A stretch of 64,000 bases of DNA from Chloroflexota bacterium (GTDB lineage: Bacteria > Chloroflexota > UBA11872 > UBA12225). Position 1 is the stretch's first letter; each line of letters opens with the position of its first letter. Positions 46,973-56,125 of the stretch are shown in pieces. Made by a program: the position numbers and the translations under genes. Location: the NCBI GenBank assembly GCA_034437795.1, contig DAOTTI010000012.1:12479-76478 (forward strand). Reading direction: 5' to 3'. The notes under the pieces are model-generated. The model was not told where the DNA came from. It saw only the letters and a list, made by a program, of their open reading frames with translations, and did not search any database.

Positions 46973-48265
46973 GTGGTAACGGGCATGATCGTACCCAAGC
47001 TTGAAGCAGCGGCCGATGGGCTGAGTGGCGCAGCTGGTGACCCCGTGCCGGTTCCTACCGGTGAGAGCCAGGCCCCAGCGATCTGGCGAACGCACCACCT
47101 GGTGGCCGGCCCAGGAGCCGCCACCGAGGTGGCGGTTGTCAGCCCCGCGGCGGGCGGACGCGGGCGCAACCGGTTTTCCCGAATGGCGGACCCCTCACCG
47201 TCGCCTATAGGCAGACGGAACTCAACGGCGCCGCGTCCGGAAGAACTGGTTGCACCCGGCCGACCCTTGGCGGTGCGCGGGCCGCGGACGGCGCTGAGCG
47301 GGCCGGCTGCGACCGCAGGCGCCGCCCGCGCCAGGCGCGCGAGGCTGAGCCCTGAGGATGGAGCTGCCGGGCCGGCGGACCTGGAGTCGCTGCCCCAGTA
47401 CCTGCGGGAGATCTCCGAGGGGGCGCTGCTGACCGCCGACGAGGAGCGGGCACTGGCACGGGCCCTGCGTTCGGACGACGCCCGCGCGGCGGAGCGGGCA
47501 CGGGCACGGCTGATCCGGTCCAACCTGCGCCTGGTGGTGAGCGTGGCGCGGCGCTACCTGGGGCAGGCGGGGCGGGCCGGGCCGGCCATGGACCTGGGCG
47601 ACCTGATCCAGGAGGGGAACATCGGCCTGTTCAAGGCGGTGGACAAGTTCGACCCCGAACGGGGCTACCGCTTCTCGACCTACGCCTACTGGTGGATCCG
47701 TCAGACCATTACCCGCGCCATTGCCGACCACGGCCGCGCCATCCGGCTGCCGGTCTACGTGGGCGAGCACCTGGCGCGGCTGGCGGAGGCCGAGGTCCGC
47801 CTGCGGCAGCAGCTCGGGCGCGAGCCCTTGCCGGAAGAGCTGGCGGCTGAGCTGGGGCTATCCCTGAGCCAGGTCACCGACCTGATCGGCGCCGCGCGGC
47901 CCCTGGCCTCGCTGGATGAGCGGCGCTCGTCCGGCGACGGCGAAGGAGGCGCGCTGGTGAATGACGTGGCCGGCATGGTAACGGCCGCCCCCGACGGGGA
48001 AGCAGAGAGGGACGAGCGGGAGGAGCGGCGGGCCGCGCTGGAAGCGGCGCTGGAGCGGCTCAAGCCACGGGAACGGGACGTGGTGGCGTTGCGCTACGGG
48101 GTCAGGGACGGCCAGGAGCGCAGCCTGGCTGAGGTAGGGCGCCTGCTGGGCATCTCCCGCGAGCGCGCGCGCCAGGTGGAGGCGGCTGCCCTGGCCAAGC
48201 TGCGCCGCCTGCTCAGCCCGCCGGAGGTTCAGAGTTCAAAGTTCAAGGTTCAAAGTTCAAAGTGA
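46973..48265 (+). CDS. Alternative sigma-70 factor (RpoD/SigA-like, lacking region 1.1; start uncertain)
   Basis: YLREI (region 1.2), [76 protein letters not shown]. Confidence 0.92.
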   Translation: MVTGMIVPKLEAAADGLSGAAGDPVPVPTGESQAPAIWRTHHLVAGPGAATEVAVVSPAAGGRGRNRFSRMADPSPSPIGRRNSTAPRPEELVAPGRPLAVRGPRTALSGPAATAGAARARRARLSPEDGAAGPADLESLPQYLREISEGALLTADEERALARALRSDDARAAERARARLIRSNLRLVVSVARRYLGQAGRAGPAMDLGDLIQEGNIGLFKAVDKFDPERGYRFSTYAYWWIRQTITRAIADHGRAIRLPVYVGEHLARLAEAEVRLRQQLGREPLPEELAAELGLSLSQVTDLIGAARPLASLDERRSSGDGEGGALVNDVAGMVTAAPDGEAERDEREERRAALEAALERLKPRERDVVALRYGVRDGQERSLAEVGRLLGISRERARQVEAAALAKLRRLLSPPEVQSSKFKVQSSK

Positions 48266-48476
48266 GCGTCAAAGTGAGCCGAGTCTAGCCCGCATCCTGC
48301 ATCGGTTCATCGTCGGTGATCAATATCCGTCTCCCAGAGGGAGAGGGCCAGGGTGAGGGCTCCGCTGGCAAAGGGTCCGGGCGAGGGGCTGCGGCGTGGC
48401 TGTTGAATGGTGCGGCCGTTCCGCAGCAGGGCAGGTGGATGGGACGGCGGATGAAGCGGAGTAGCAGGAAGCCGGA

Positions 48477-49469
48477 TCAGGGGCGCACGAGGCGGACGGA
48501 TTCTTCGGCTCGCTCGCGGACGGCGGGGTCAGGGTCCTGGGCCAGGCCGGCCAGGCAAGCCAACACGTCGGGCGGGGGCGGGTCGGGGTGGCGGATCTTG
48601 CCCACGGTATGGGCGACCTGAGCGCGGACGGCGGGCTCGGTGTCGGCGCTGAGCGCGAGGAGCGCGCGGACTACGGCCGGCTTGATGGGACGGCCCTTGA
48701 GGCCAAGCTCGCCGATGTGGAACACGGCCATCACCCGCGTCTCGGGGTCAGGGGCGTGAAGGAGGTCGAGCAGGACCGGTAGCGCCTCTGGGCTATTGCC
48801 GCAGATCTGGAGCAACTCGTCAAGGTAGAAATGGAGTTCGTCCACGTCGGCGCGGCGCTGGAGGACCAGCTCCTTGATGGCCGCGGCGTAGCGGCCGCTG
48901 CCCATGTTGACGAGCGCCTGGCGGGCGCGATTGCGCTCCAGGCGGCTGGGCGAGCTGGTCCAGAGCTTCATCAGGCGGTGCTCGCGCTCGGGGTCAGGGG
49001 GCGTGGCGGCAGGTCGCTCCCAGCGTGCGATGGCCGCCGTGACCTCGGCGGCGAGCTGCTCGGGCGAAGTGAAGGTGGCGCACAGGAGGTCGCGCTGGAT
49101 CTCAGCGCGTAGCGCATCCAGCTTCCGGCGGCCGGGCCCTTGCTCCTTATAGCGCTCCGGCCACGGGGCATCCTCGGCGAGCAGAAAGCACAGCACCGGC
49201 CGGTCGAACCGGACAGCCTCGCGGAACTCCCGCTCGGTGATCGAGCGCTCTGAGCCGGGCGGGACGTAGCCGTACCGCCAGGCGAAGAGGCCAACGTACA
49301 GGTCGCAGCGGCGGACGTCGTCCAGGCACCGGTCGAGCGGACGCCGTGGCTCAGCCACGTAATACTCCATAGCGACGTCGTCATGGCCGAGCTTGCGGAT
49401 GGCGCGGCTGACCGCCTGACGGAAAGCCTTGAGATCCTGATAGGTCGACGAGACGTAGATGCGGGCCAT
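48477..49469 (-). CDS. DUF4062 domain protein with C-terminal HEAT-like repeats
   Basis: IYVSSTYQDL...R...ME...CL..V..CD.YVGLFAWRYG...SITEREF.EA; C-terminal DPDPETR/DTEPAVR/DPDPAVRERA..S repeats. Confidence 0.88.
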   Translation of the reverse strand: MARIYVSSTYQDLKAFRQAVSRAIRKLGHDDVAMEYYVAEPRRPLDRCLDDVRRCDLYVGLFAWRYGYVPPGSERSITEREFREAVRFDRPVLCFLLAEDAPWPERYKEQGPGRRKLDALRAEIQRDLLCATFTSPEQLAAEVTAAIARWERPAATPPDPEREHRLMKLWTSSPSRLERNRARQALVNMGSGRYAAAIKELVLQRRADVDELHFYLDELLQICGNSPEALPVLLDLLHAPDPETRVMAVFHIGELGLKGRPIKPAVVRALLALSADTEPAVRAQVAHTVGKIRHPDPPPPDVLACLAGLAQDPDPAVRERAEESVRLVRP

Positions 49470-49602
49470 CCGGCGTGCTCCGTATCAGGTCAAGAACGTT
49501 CTGCCAGACCACCTTCCCGGCCGGCGGCGCCATTGCTCCAGGAAGTGCCATCCCCAGGGGGCGCAGGATCGTATAGCGGCGCACCCTGGGTGTGGGCCGG
49601 CC

Positions 49603-50328
49603 TCAGCTGTGCTCCGGCGGGCGCGGGGCGGGGTCACGCAGGGCGTGCAATTCGGCGATGACCTGGTCCGGCGAGGAGAGATTGCTCGTGCGTAGACGGA
49701 TGGTACCGGGCTCGGGCGGCGGCTCGCGGTGCGCCGCGGCCTGCACGACGGCGACCAGAGCGTCGATCTGGTCGGGGCGCGCCGCGCCGAGGCGTTTGAG
49801 AATGGAGACCATGGCCGCGGCCAGGGGGGTGTCCCAGTCAGCCTGCTCGAACACGACCTCAGCGATCTCCAGGACGATGTCCGGCTGGTCCCGTCCGACG
49901 TTGGACCAGAGCTCGGCGCTGGGGACGGGGTGCGCCAGCGTCGCTTCGAGGGCGAGGCGGTAGTACGGCCCGGCGATGAGGTCGGGGCGGAGCCGGCTGA
50001 GCATGGTCAGGGCAGAGAGCAGCCCCATGGCGTCGAGGCGCTGGGGCGCGCCGAGCCAGCGTTCAAGCGTCTCCAGGGGGACCAGGTCCGGCCGGCCCGC
50101 CGTGTGGTTAGCCAGGACGAAGAGGGTGGGGCCAGCGCGGGCCCGGTGCAGCTCCGAGCCAAGGAAGGAGTCGACCACCTCGCAGAGGCCGCCGGCGATC
50201 CGCTCCGGCGTAGCCCGCAGGACATCGACGGCCTTCTCCCAGGCACGGTACTGACGTTCAGGGTCGGCGCCGCAGAGGTCGTCGATGAGCTGATCCACGA
50301 AGGGATCTGGAGCGGACGCCATGGCCAT
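49603..50328 (-). CDS. Hypothetical helical-repeat (HEAT-like) protein
   Basis: From ATG 50328: DQLIDDLCGADPERQYRAWEKAVDVL... amphipathic helices. Co-oriented upstream of the DUF4062 gene. Confidence 0.6.
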   Translation of the reverse strand: MAMASAPDPFVDQLIDDLCGADPERQYRAWEKAVDVLRATPERIAGGLCEVVDSFLGSELHRARAGPTLFVLANHTAGRPDLVPLETLERWLGAPQRLDAMGLLSALTMLSRLRPDLIAGPYYRLALEATLAHPVPSAELWSNVGRDQPDIVLEIAEVVFEQADWDTPLAAAMVSILKRLGAARPDQIDALVAVVQAAAHREPPPEPGTIRLRTSNLSSPDQVIAELHALRDPAPRPPEHS

Positions 50329-50452
50329 CTCTTCCTGCCGGACCCCGCTTTGCTGGGACGCAAGGACCTGCACCGGGAAGGTCAGTCTAGCACACACCCC
50401 TTCGACCCCCTCGCCCCCCTCTCCGACACGGAGACGCGGAGACGCGGAGAGA

Positions 50453-50645
50453 GACCTCATCCCCTTCGGCCGGGGCCGCGCCCGGAGGGAGGACCTCACC
50501 CCCTCGCCCCCTCTCCGACACGGAGAGGGGGAACGACGGCCATGGCTGTGCCGCTTGGCCCCGCCGCCCCCGCTCCGACACGGAGCGGGGGAACGACGGC
50601 CACGGCTGTGCGGCTTAGCCTCACCACCTCTCTCCGGCACGGAGC
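50453..50645. repeat. Family C composite repeat with 60-bp tandem units
   Basis: CTCCGACACGGAG.GGGGGAACGACGGCCA.GGCTGTG units at 50513, 50573 and 50633 (last degenerate), preceded by CCCCTTCGGCCG. Matches 55767-56036. Confidence 0.8.
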
Positions 50646-50707
50646 GGCCGGAAGGCCTTCGATACGTCTCCAGGAGTGGAAGTGTCAGGGGGCTTCCGGC
50701 CGCGCAG

Positions 50708-52018
50708 CTAGCGTCCGCGCTGGCGGCGGTACTCGTCGAGCACGGCGTTGATGTCGTTGGTCATGTTGGTCATGGCCTCGCGCGGGCTCGCCTCCGCGGT
50801 GCGTAGCTGGCGCGTGTACTTGTTGTAGATGGCCTGCAGATCGGGGATCCACTTGGCGTGCAGCGGGTCCGGCCGTGCGGTAGGGGCCGCTTCCAGCCAG
50901 CGGCGCTTGTTGAACTGCGTCATCGTCTTCAGCCAGACCTGCTCCGCCACCCGCTTGTTGGACGGGATGTTGTTACCGCCGTTCTCCTCGATGATCCGCG
51001 CCCCGTCATCCAGCAGCCAGAACAGGAAGTCCACGGTGGCGTCGCGAGCCCGCGTCTCCTTGAAGATGAAGTAGCCGTCCAGATACATGCGGTGGTTGCG
51101 CCCCCTGGGCGCCTTGGGCTTGAGGAAGACGTTGACCCGCGCCGGGATACGGGAGTAGGCGATGATGCTGTTGGGGATCCCGTTCGCATGCATGGCGATG
51201 GTCCCCTGGTTGAAATTCAGCTCGGGGCGCTTGTCGATGCCGTCGCGCATGAAGACGCGGTCGCTGGTGTGCACCTTGGCGTACCACTCGGCGGCGGCCA
51301 GGGCCTCGGGGGTATTGGTCGCCGCCCGCGACTTATCGGCGGTGAGGAAGTCGCCGCCGTAGCTATAGAGCCAGTGGAAGAAGATGGAGTCGTCGCAGCC
51401 GCCAACGGGGTCCTGGCGCCCCTGCGCGTCGAACCGGACGACCTGCTTGAGCATCCGCACCAGGTCGTCCTGGGTCCAGTTCTCGTCAAAGCCGGGGTCG
51501 AGCGTGACGCCGTATTGCTCGAAGAGGTCGAGGTTCATGACGTAGAGGCTGGTGCCCCAGCCCTGGGGCATGCCCATCTGCTTGCCGTCGATCTGGTAGG
51601 CCTTGGTGGGCACCTCGTAGAAGTCGCTCTGCTTGAGCTTGCGCGTGGAGAAGTCCTTAGTGATGTCCAGGTACCAGCCGCTGTCCATGAAGCGCAGGAA
51701 GCCGCGGTTGGAATCCATCACGATGTCGGGGATCACGTCGGAGGTCCAGGAGACGACCAGCTTGTCCTGGATCTCGCCGGATGGAATACCGGTGCGTTCG
51801 ACGGTGATGTTGGGGAACTGCTTGCGGTACTCCTGCACCACGGCTTCGAAGAGGCGGTCGCTATCGCCCCCGCCGCCGTAGTTCCAGAACACGATCTTGG
51901 CGGGGCCCTTCTGCGCGGGGGCGGTGCGCCCACCGAAGGCGCCGCACCCCGCCCAGACCACGGACGGAAGCCCGGCCCCCGCCATCGCTACCAGACGCCG
52001 GCGCGTGAATGCCGCCAT
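50708..52018 (-). CDS. ABC-type extracellular solute-binding protein, family 1 (TAT/lipoprotein)
   Basis: FTRRRLV...WAGC leader, DVIPDI, MNLDLFE, W.QDDL. Confidence 0.9.
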   Translation of the reverse strand: MAAFTRRRLVAMAGAGLPSVVWAGCGAFGGRTAPAQKGPAKIVFWNYGGGGDSDRLFEAVVQEYRKQFPNITVERTGIPSGEIQDKLVVSWTSDVIPDIVMDSNRGFLRFMDSGWYLDITKDFSTRKLKQSDFYEVPTKAYQIDGKQMGMPQGWGTSLYVMNLDLFEQYGVTLDPGFDENWTQDDLVRMLKQVVRFDAQGRQDPVGGCDDSIFFHWLYSYGGDFLTADKSRAATNTPEALAAAEWYAKVHTSDRVFMRDGIDKRPELNFNQGTIAMHANGIPNSIIAYSRIPARVNVFLKPKAPRGRNHRMYLDGYFIFKETRARDATVDFLFWLLDDGARIIEENGGNNIPSNKRVAEQVWLKTMTQFNKRRWLEAAPTARPDPLHAKWIPDLQAIYNKYTRQLRTAEASPREAMTNMTNDINAVLDEYRRQRGR

Positions 52019-52167
52019 CGTTCTCTCCTTTCCTTGTTCCCTTGCTGAACTCCCTGTTCGCGCTCCCTACGGCGCTCCCGTGCTGCGCGCACTCCCACTA
52101 TACTGGGCGACGCGGGGAGGAGGAAAGGGCCGCCCACCCCCGTTCCCCCACATCGAAGCGGGAGCAT

Positions 52168-52298
52168 GGGGACGCGGAGACATGGAGACGAAGCTCCAGG
52201 GACGCGGCGACGCAGAGGGACGAGGACAGGGGACGCAGAGACGCGGGGACACAGAGACATGGAGACGTAGAGGCCGGGAGACACGGAGACACGGGGAA
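52168..52298. repeat. Degenerate octamer tract (GACGCGGA/GACACGGA)
   Basis: More than ten GGAGAC-like units between divergent SBP genes. Shorter tracts at 1962-1987, 24861-24889, 34430-34466 and 42541-42568. Confidence 0.7.
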
Positions 52299-52329
52299 CT
52301 GGTATCACGCATGCCCAGGAGGAACGTCG

Positions 52330-53676
52330 ATGAAGCCGGTTACTCGCCGCCATGCCGTCCGATCCGCGTACGCGCTCGCCGCGGCCGGGGCCGCCGCCTG
52401 CGGCCCGCAGCCGGGCACGGCCGGCCCCGAGCCGAGCCAGGGCCCCGTGACGGTGCGGGCCTTCATTGGCGGGATCGACGCCGCCACGGCCGACCGCTGG
52501 GAGAGCGAGATCGCCGGCCCGTACCGGCAGCGGCGGGCCAACGTTGCGATCGAGCTGGTCTCGCAGACCAGCGTGGCCCCCAGCGGCGCCACGGCGGAGG
52601 TGATGGAGAAGCTGACGGCGCTGATCGCCGGTGGCGACCCGCCGGACATCACCGACCTGCCGCGTCCGGCGACGCAGCTCGTACCGCTCGGCTTTCTGGA
52701 TGAGAGCCTGGACCGACTCGTGCGGCGCGACCGGTTTGACACGAAGCAGTTCAACCAGCACGAGTTCGAGCGCCGCGCCGTGTACCAGGGCAAGGTCTGG
52801 CAGATCCCCTACAAGTACCTGAGCAATGCGCTGGTGGTGGTCTGCAACCAGCACCTGTTCCAGGCGGGGAACGTCGCCATTCCCAGCGCCGACCGGCCCT
52901 GGGAGTGGAGCGCCTTCGTCGACGCGCTGATCAAGCTCACCAAGCGAGCCGGCGGGGCGACCAGCCAGTTTGGCCTGCTGAACTGGGGCTCGCAGACGTA
53001 CACCTGGCCGCTGCTGTGGCAGACGGACTGGGTGAGCGCCGATGGCCGGACGGCGACCTGCGACAGCGCGGAGATGCTGGACTGCTACACCAGGTGGGCG
53101 GAGCTGTTCCACCGCCACAACGTCATCCCCCGCCCTGGCGAGACGCGGGATCTGTTTGGGACGACCAGCACTCCGCAGCTGTTCTTCGCAGGGAAGGGGG
53201 CGATGGTGATCATGTCGCCCGGCACCTGGCGCACCTACATCACGCGCGGGGAGCTAGCGGAGATCGCGCTGGCGCCGATGCCCAAGTTCAAGGTGAGCAC
53301 GGCCGACGTCGCCACCACCGACCTGGGGATTGCGCGGGGCAGCAAGCGGCCGGCGGACGCCTGGGAGGTGATCAAGTACTTCTCGGAAGGGTCGCGGCTG
53401 GCGCGCTACGCCAACTACCTGCCGGCTATCGCCAAGGACATCGAGCCCTGGGCGCGGGAGGACGTAAAGCGCTTCCCCGCGGTAGACGTCCGCGTCGTGC
53501 TGCGGGCGATCGAGACGCACGCCCCCAACAGCCGGCTCTCCGGCCACCCGAAGCAGGATGAGATCCTGCGCGTGACGGGCCCGGCGCTGGACGGGCTGCT
53601 GGAGGGAAAGGAGGCGCCGGTGCCGCTGCTGCGCCGCCTGAAGCCCGAGCTCCAGGCGATCATCGACCGGACCTGA
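52330..53676 (+). CDS. ABC-type extracellular solute-binding protein, family 1 (TAT/lipoprotein)
   Basis: GGAGG RBS, MKPVTRRHAV...AAAC, AGGDPPDI, LVRRD.FD, CNQHLFQ. Confidence 0.9.
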   Translation: MKPVTRRHAVRSAYALAAAGAAACGPQPGTAGPEPSQGPVTVRAFIGGIDAATADRWESEIAGPYRQRRANVAIELVSQTSVAPSGATAEVMEKLTALIAGGDPPDITDLPRPATQLVPLGFLDESLDRLVRRDRFDTKQFNQHEFERRAVYQGKVWQIPYKYLSNALVVVCNQHLFQAGNVAIPSADRPWEWSAFVDALIKLTKRAGGATSQFGLLNWGSQTYTWPLLWQTDWVSADGRTATCDSAEMLDCYTRWAELFHRHNVIPRPGETRDLFGTTSTPQLFFAGKGAMVIMSPGTWRTYITRGELAEIALAPMPKFKVSTADVATTDLGIARGSKRPADAWEVIKYFSEGSRLARYANYLPAIAKDIEPWAREDVKRFPAVDVRVVLRAIETHAPNSRLSGHPKQDEILRVTGPALDGLLEGKEAPVPLLRRLKPELQAIIDRT

Positions 53677-53942
53677 GGTACGGTGTGATTGTGGTGGAAG
53701 AGGGGAGGAGCCCGCGGACCTACCACACGCTTCATCGGCGGAGCCTTCACCCTCGCCCTCTCTCACAGGGAGCGGGCGCCGGAGCTTCGAGGGAGGGGGC
53801 CGCAGGTGAGGCTTCCCGCTCCCGGTGAGAGAGGGAAGTCATCGCCATCTGGCAGGCGGGGGGAGACCTAGTACTCCGCCGCGATGCTGCTACTGGGTGC
53901 CCCAATCTGGCTGCGCCCATCAAGATCACCGTGGCCAGGTAC

Positions 53943-54026
53943 TAAGTCGGCGCTGGTACGTTCGTGTGGGACAGGACGGCCGGGCATCGATGGACAGGGC
54001 GGCGCGAACATACCAGCGGATACTTA
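53943..54026. mobile_element. MITE-like element family A, copy 3 (84 bp, TA-flanked)
   Basis: TAAGTCGGCGCTGGTACGTTCG...CGAACATACCAGCGGATACTTA. Shares its right TA with an adjacent family B element. Confidence 0.72.
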
Positions 54027-54130
54027 GCCTGGATTAGTCACGGCCAGCGAGGGGTCCCCTCTCCCTGTGGGAGAGCGGGGGCTCACGAAGCGGGCGGCGG
54101 TCAGGGCTCCGCTCGTGAAGCATACAGGCT
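54025..54130. mobile_element. MITE-like element family B copy
   Basis: AGCCTGGATTAGTCACG...CGTGAAGCATACAGGCT imperfect 17-bp terminal inverted repeats around a CCCTCTCCC/GGGAGAG hairpin. Confidence 0.65.
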
Positions 54131-54217
54131 GGCCTGGATGGTTCATCAGGAACCCAGGCCAGCTTGCATCCCTGTGGTGAGGGAGAGGGAACTGGCGCCT
54201 AGGGTGATGAAGCCGGG

Positions 54218-55612
54218 CTAGAATGAGGCGAGGCGTTCGGTGATGGCCTGGGCCTGCGACGTGAAGTCGCCTACCGACATCTCCCCCGCCGTGACCTTGG
54301 TCCACAGCGGATCGATCTCCGCGCGGGCCTTGGCGAAGTCCTTCAAGAGGTAGTAGAGCCAGCCATCGACCTTGGAGCGCTGGCCCTGCAGGAAGTAGGC
54401 CCTGGGGTCGGCGCCCATCCGGTCCTGGAAGTCCTTGGCCGTGAGCTCGAAGGCGCCTTTGAGCAGGGGGGTCACCACGTGCCCGTCGGAGAGCACGTAG
54501 CGGGCGACGTTCTCCGGCTTCATCCAGTACTTGAAGACCTCCCAGGCCTGGTCCTTGTTCTTGCTGTCGGAGTCGATAAACAGGGCGTGCACGCTGATGC
54601 GGGCGGAGACGTTGCGGGGCTGCTGCGGATTGGGGGTGTACGGCAGGGCGGCGATCATCCAGCGGAAGCTGGGGCGCTCGGCCAGGTTGAAGATGACGGC
54701 CATGCCGATCTTGCCGGTGGTGAAGATGTGCTGGCCGGGCACCGACCGCAACCGGTTGGCCTCATCGCCGTAGGGCTGCACGTGGTACTTGGTGGCCATG
54801 TCCGCCCAGAACTGGAGCCCCTGCTGGAACCCGGGCGTGTTGATGGTGATCTTCTTGGCCGCCCAGTCGACGGGGCCGTAGCCGAAGTAGGTGGGCCCGT
54901 TCATCCAGGCTGAGCCGCCGGTGAAGCCCCCGCCGAAGCCGAACTGCTCGGTCCCCCTGGTGAGCCTGCGCGCCGTGTCCAGGAACTTCTCCATTGTCCA
55001 GGAGCGGTCGTCGGGGTCCACCGGCGGGGGCTGCAGGCCGGCGGCGGCGAAGAGGTCGAGGTTCACCGCCATGGCGTCGGCGGAGATGCTGACCGGCATC
55101 CCCCAGATCCGGTCGCCCTGCTTCATGCTCTCGATCGCCGCGGGGATCCACATCCCCTGATCGATCTTGTCGCGCTTGAAGTAGGGCGAGAGATCGGCAA
55201 TGATGGTCTCAATCTCGCGCCACAGCCGGGGCCACTCCCACATGTCGGCCGGCGTGCCGGCGACGTGGAGCGCGATGGCTTTCTCCATCACGCTTTGCCC
55301 GGGATTGATGAACTCCACCTGCAGGCCCTGGTCCTTGTGCTTGGCGTTGAACTCGTCGTAGAGCGCAACCTGCATGTCCCACCTGGGGCTGGAGGTCTGG
55401 TAGCTCAGGACGGTGACCTTGCCCTGAACGGCCTTCTGCGGCGAAGGCGGGGCGCCACCGGGCGCGCACGCGCTGAAGAACGGCACGGCGCCGGCGACCC
55501 CCGCCCCCAGCAGGAGCCGGCGCCTGGTCGCGGCGGGGCCGTACCTGGGACCAGCCGGCCGCGCTGAGCCGGCAAGGGAACGCCACCGTGGTGCTTGCGC
55601 CATGACGGGCAT
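54218..55612 (-). CDS. ABC-type extracellular solute-binding protein, family 1 (TAT/lipoprotein)
   Basis: AGGAGG RBS before ATG 55612. ATRRRLLL...FSAC, AGTPAD, LSPYFKRD, VNLDLFA. Confidence 0.9.
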   Translation of the reverse strand: MPVMAQAPRWRSLAGSARPAGPRYGPAATRRRLLLGAGVAGAVPFFSACAPGGAPPSPQKAVQGKVTVLSYQTSSPRWDMQVALYDEFNAKHKDQGLQVEFINPGQSVMEKAIALHVAGTPADMWEWPRLWREIETIIADLSPYFKRDKIDQGMWIPAAIESMKQGDRIWGMPVSISADAMAVNLDLFAAAGLQPPPVDPDDRSWTMEKFLDTARRLTRGTEQFGFGGGFTGGSAWMNGPTYFGYGPVDWAAKKITINTPGFQQGLQFWADMATKYHVQPYGDEANRLRSVPGQHIFTTGKIGMAVIFNLAERPSFRWMIAALPYTPNPQQPRNVSARISVHALFIDSDSKNKDQAWEVFKYWMKPENVARYVLSDGHVVTPLLKGAFELTAKDFQDRMGADPRAYFLQGQRSKVDGWLYYLLKDFAKARAEIDPLWTKVTAGEMSVGDFTSQAQAITERLASF

Positions 55613-55766
55613 CGTGTCCTCCTGTCGATCCATCAATCGCGTTGTCGCTTCTCTTGCCCCTTCTCGCCCACTCTCAGCGTGTAGTTGTAGCGTACCGGCC
55701 TTCTTTCCCGCCTGCGGGCAGCTTGCCCCGGGGCACGCACCACGTCCGGATCAGCCGCCATGGCGG

Positions 55767-56036
55767 ACCTCACCCCTTCGGCCGCGGCCGCGCCGGGGGA
55801 GGAGCAGACCTCACCCCCTAGCCCCCTCTCCGACACGGCGAGGGGGGACGACGGCCACGGCTGTGCGGCCTGGCCCCGCCACCCTCGCTCCGACACGGAG
55901 AGGGGGGACGACGGCCACGGCTGTGCGGCCTGGCCCCGCCACCCTCGCTCCGACACGGAGAGGGGGGACGACAGCCACGGTCGTGGGGCTTGCCTGCGGC
56001 TCCCTCCCCGACACGGAGAGGGGGGACGACGGCCAT
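55767..56036. repeat. Family C composite repeat with four ~60-bp tandem units
   Basis: CTCCGACACGG at 55828, 55888 and 55948 (period 60) and a variant near 56007. Inter-unit sequences are nearly identical. Confidence 0.85.
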
Positions 56037-56125
56037 AGCCGGGGCAGCGAGGGTAGTCGCGCGTGGCGGGGGCGTTGCTGGCTACGCTCGTATTCTGAGC
56101 GAAGCAGCTACCGCAGGGTGAGACG

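Noticed and set aside
55767-56036. CRISPR-like array with a 60-bp period (also 50513-50645)
   Set aside because: Inter-repeat segments are nearly identical rather than unique spacers, and there are no cas genes in the window.
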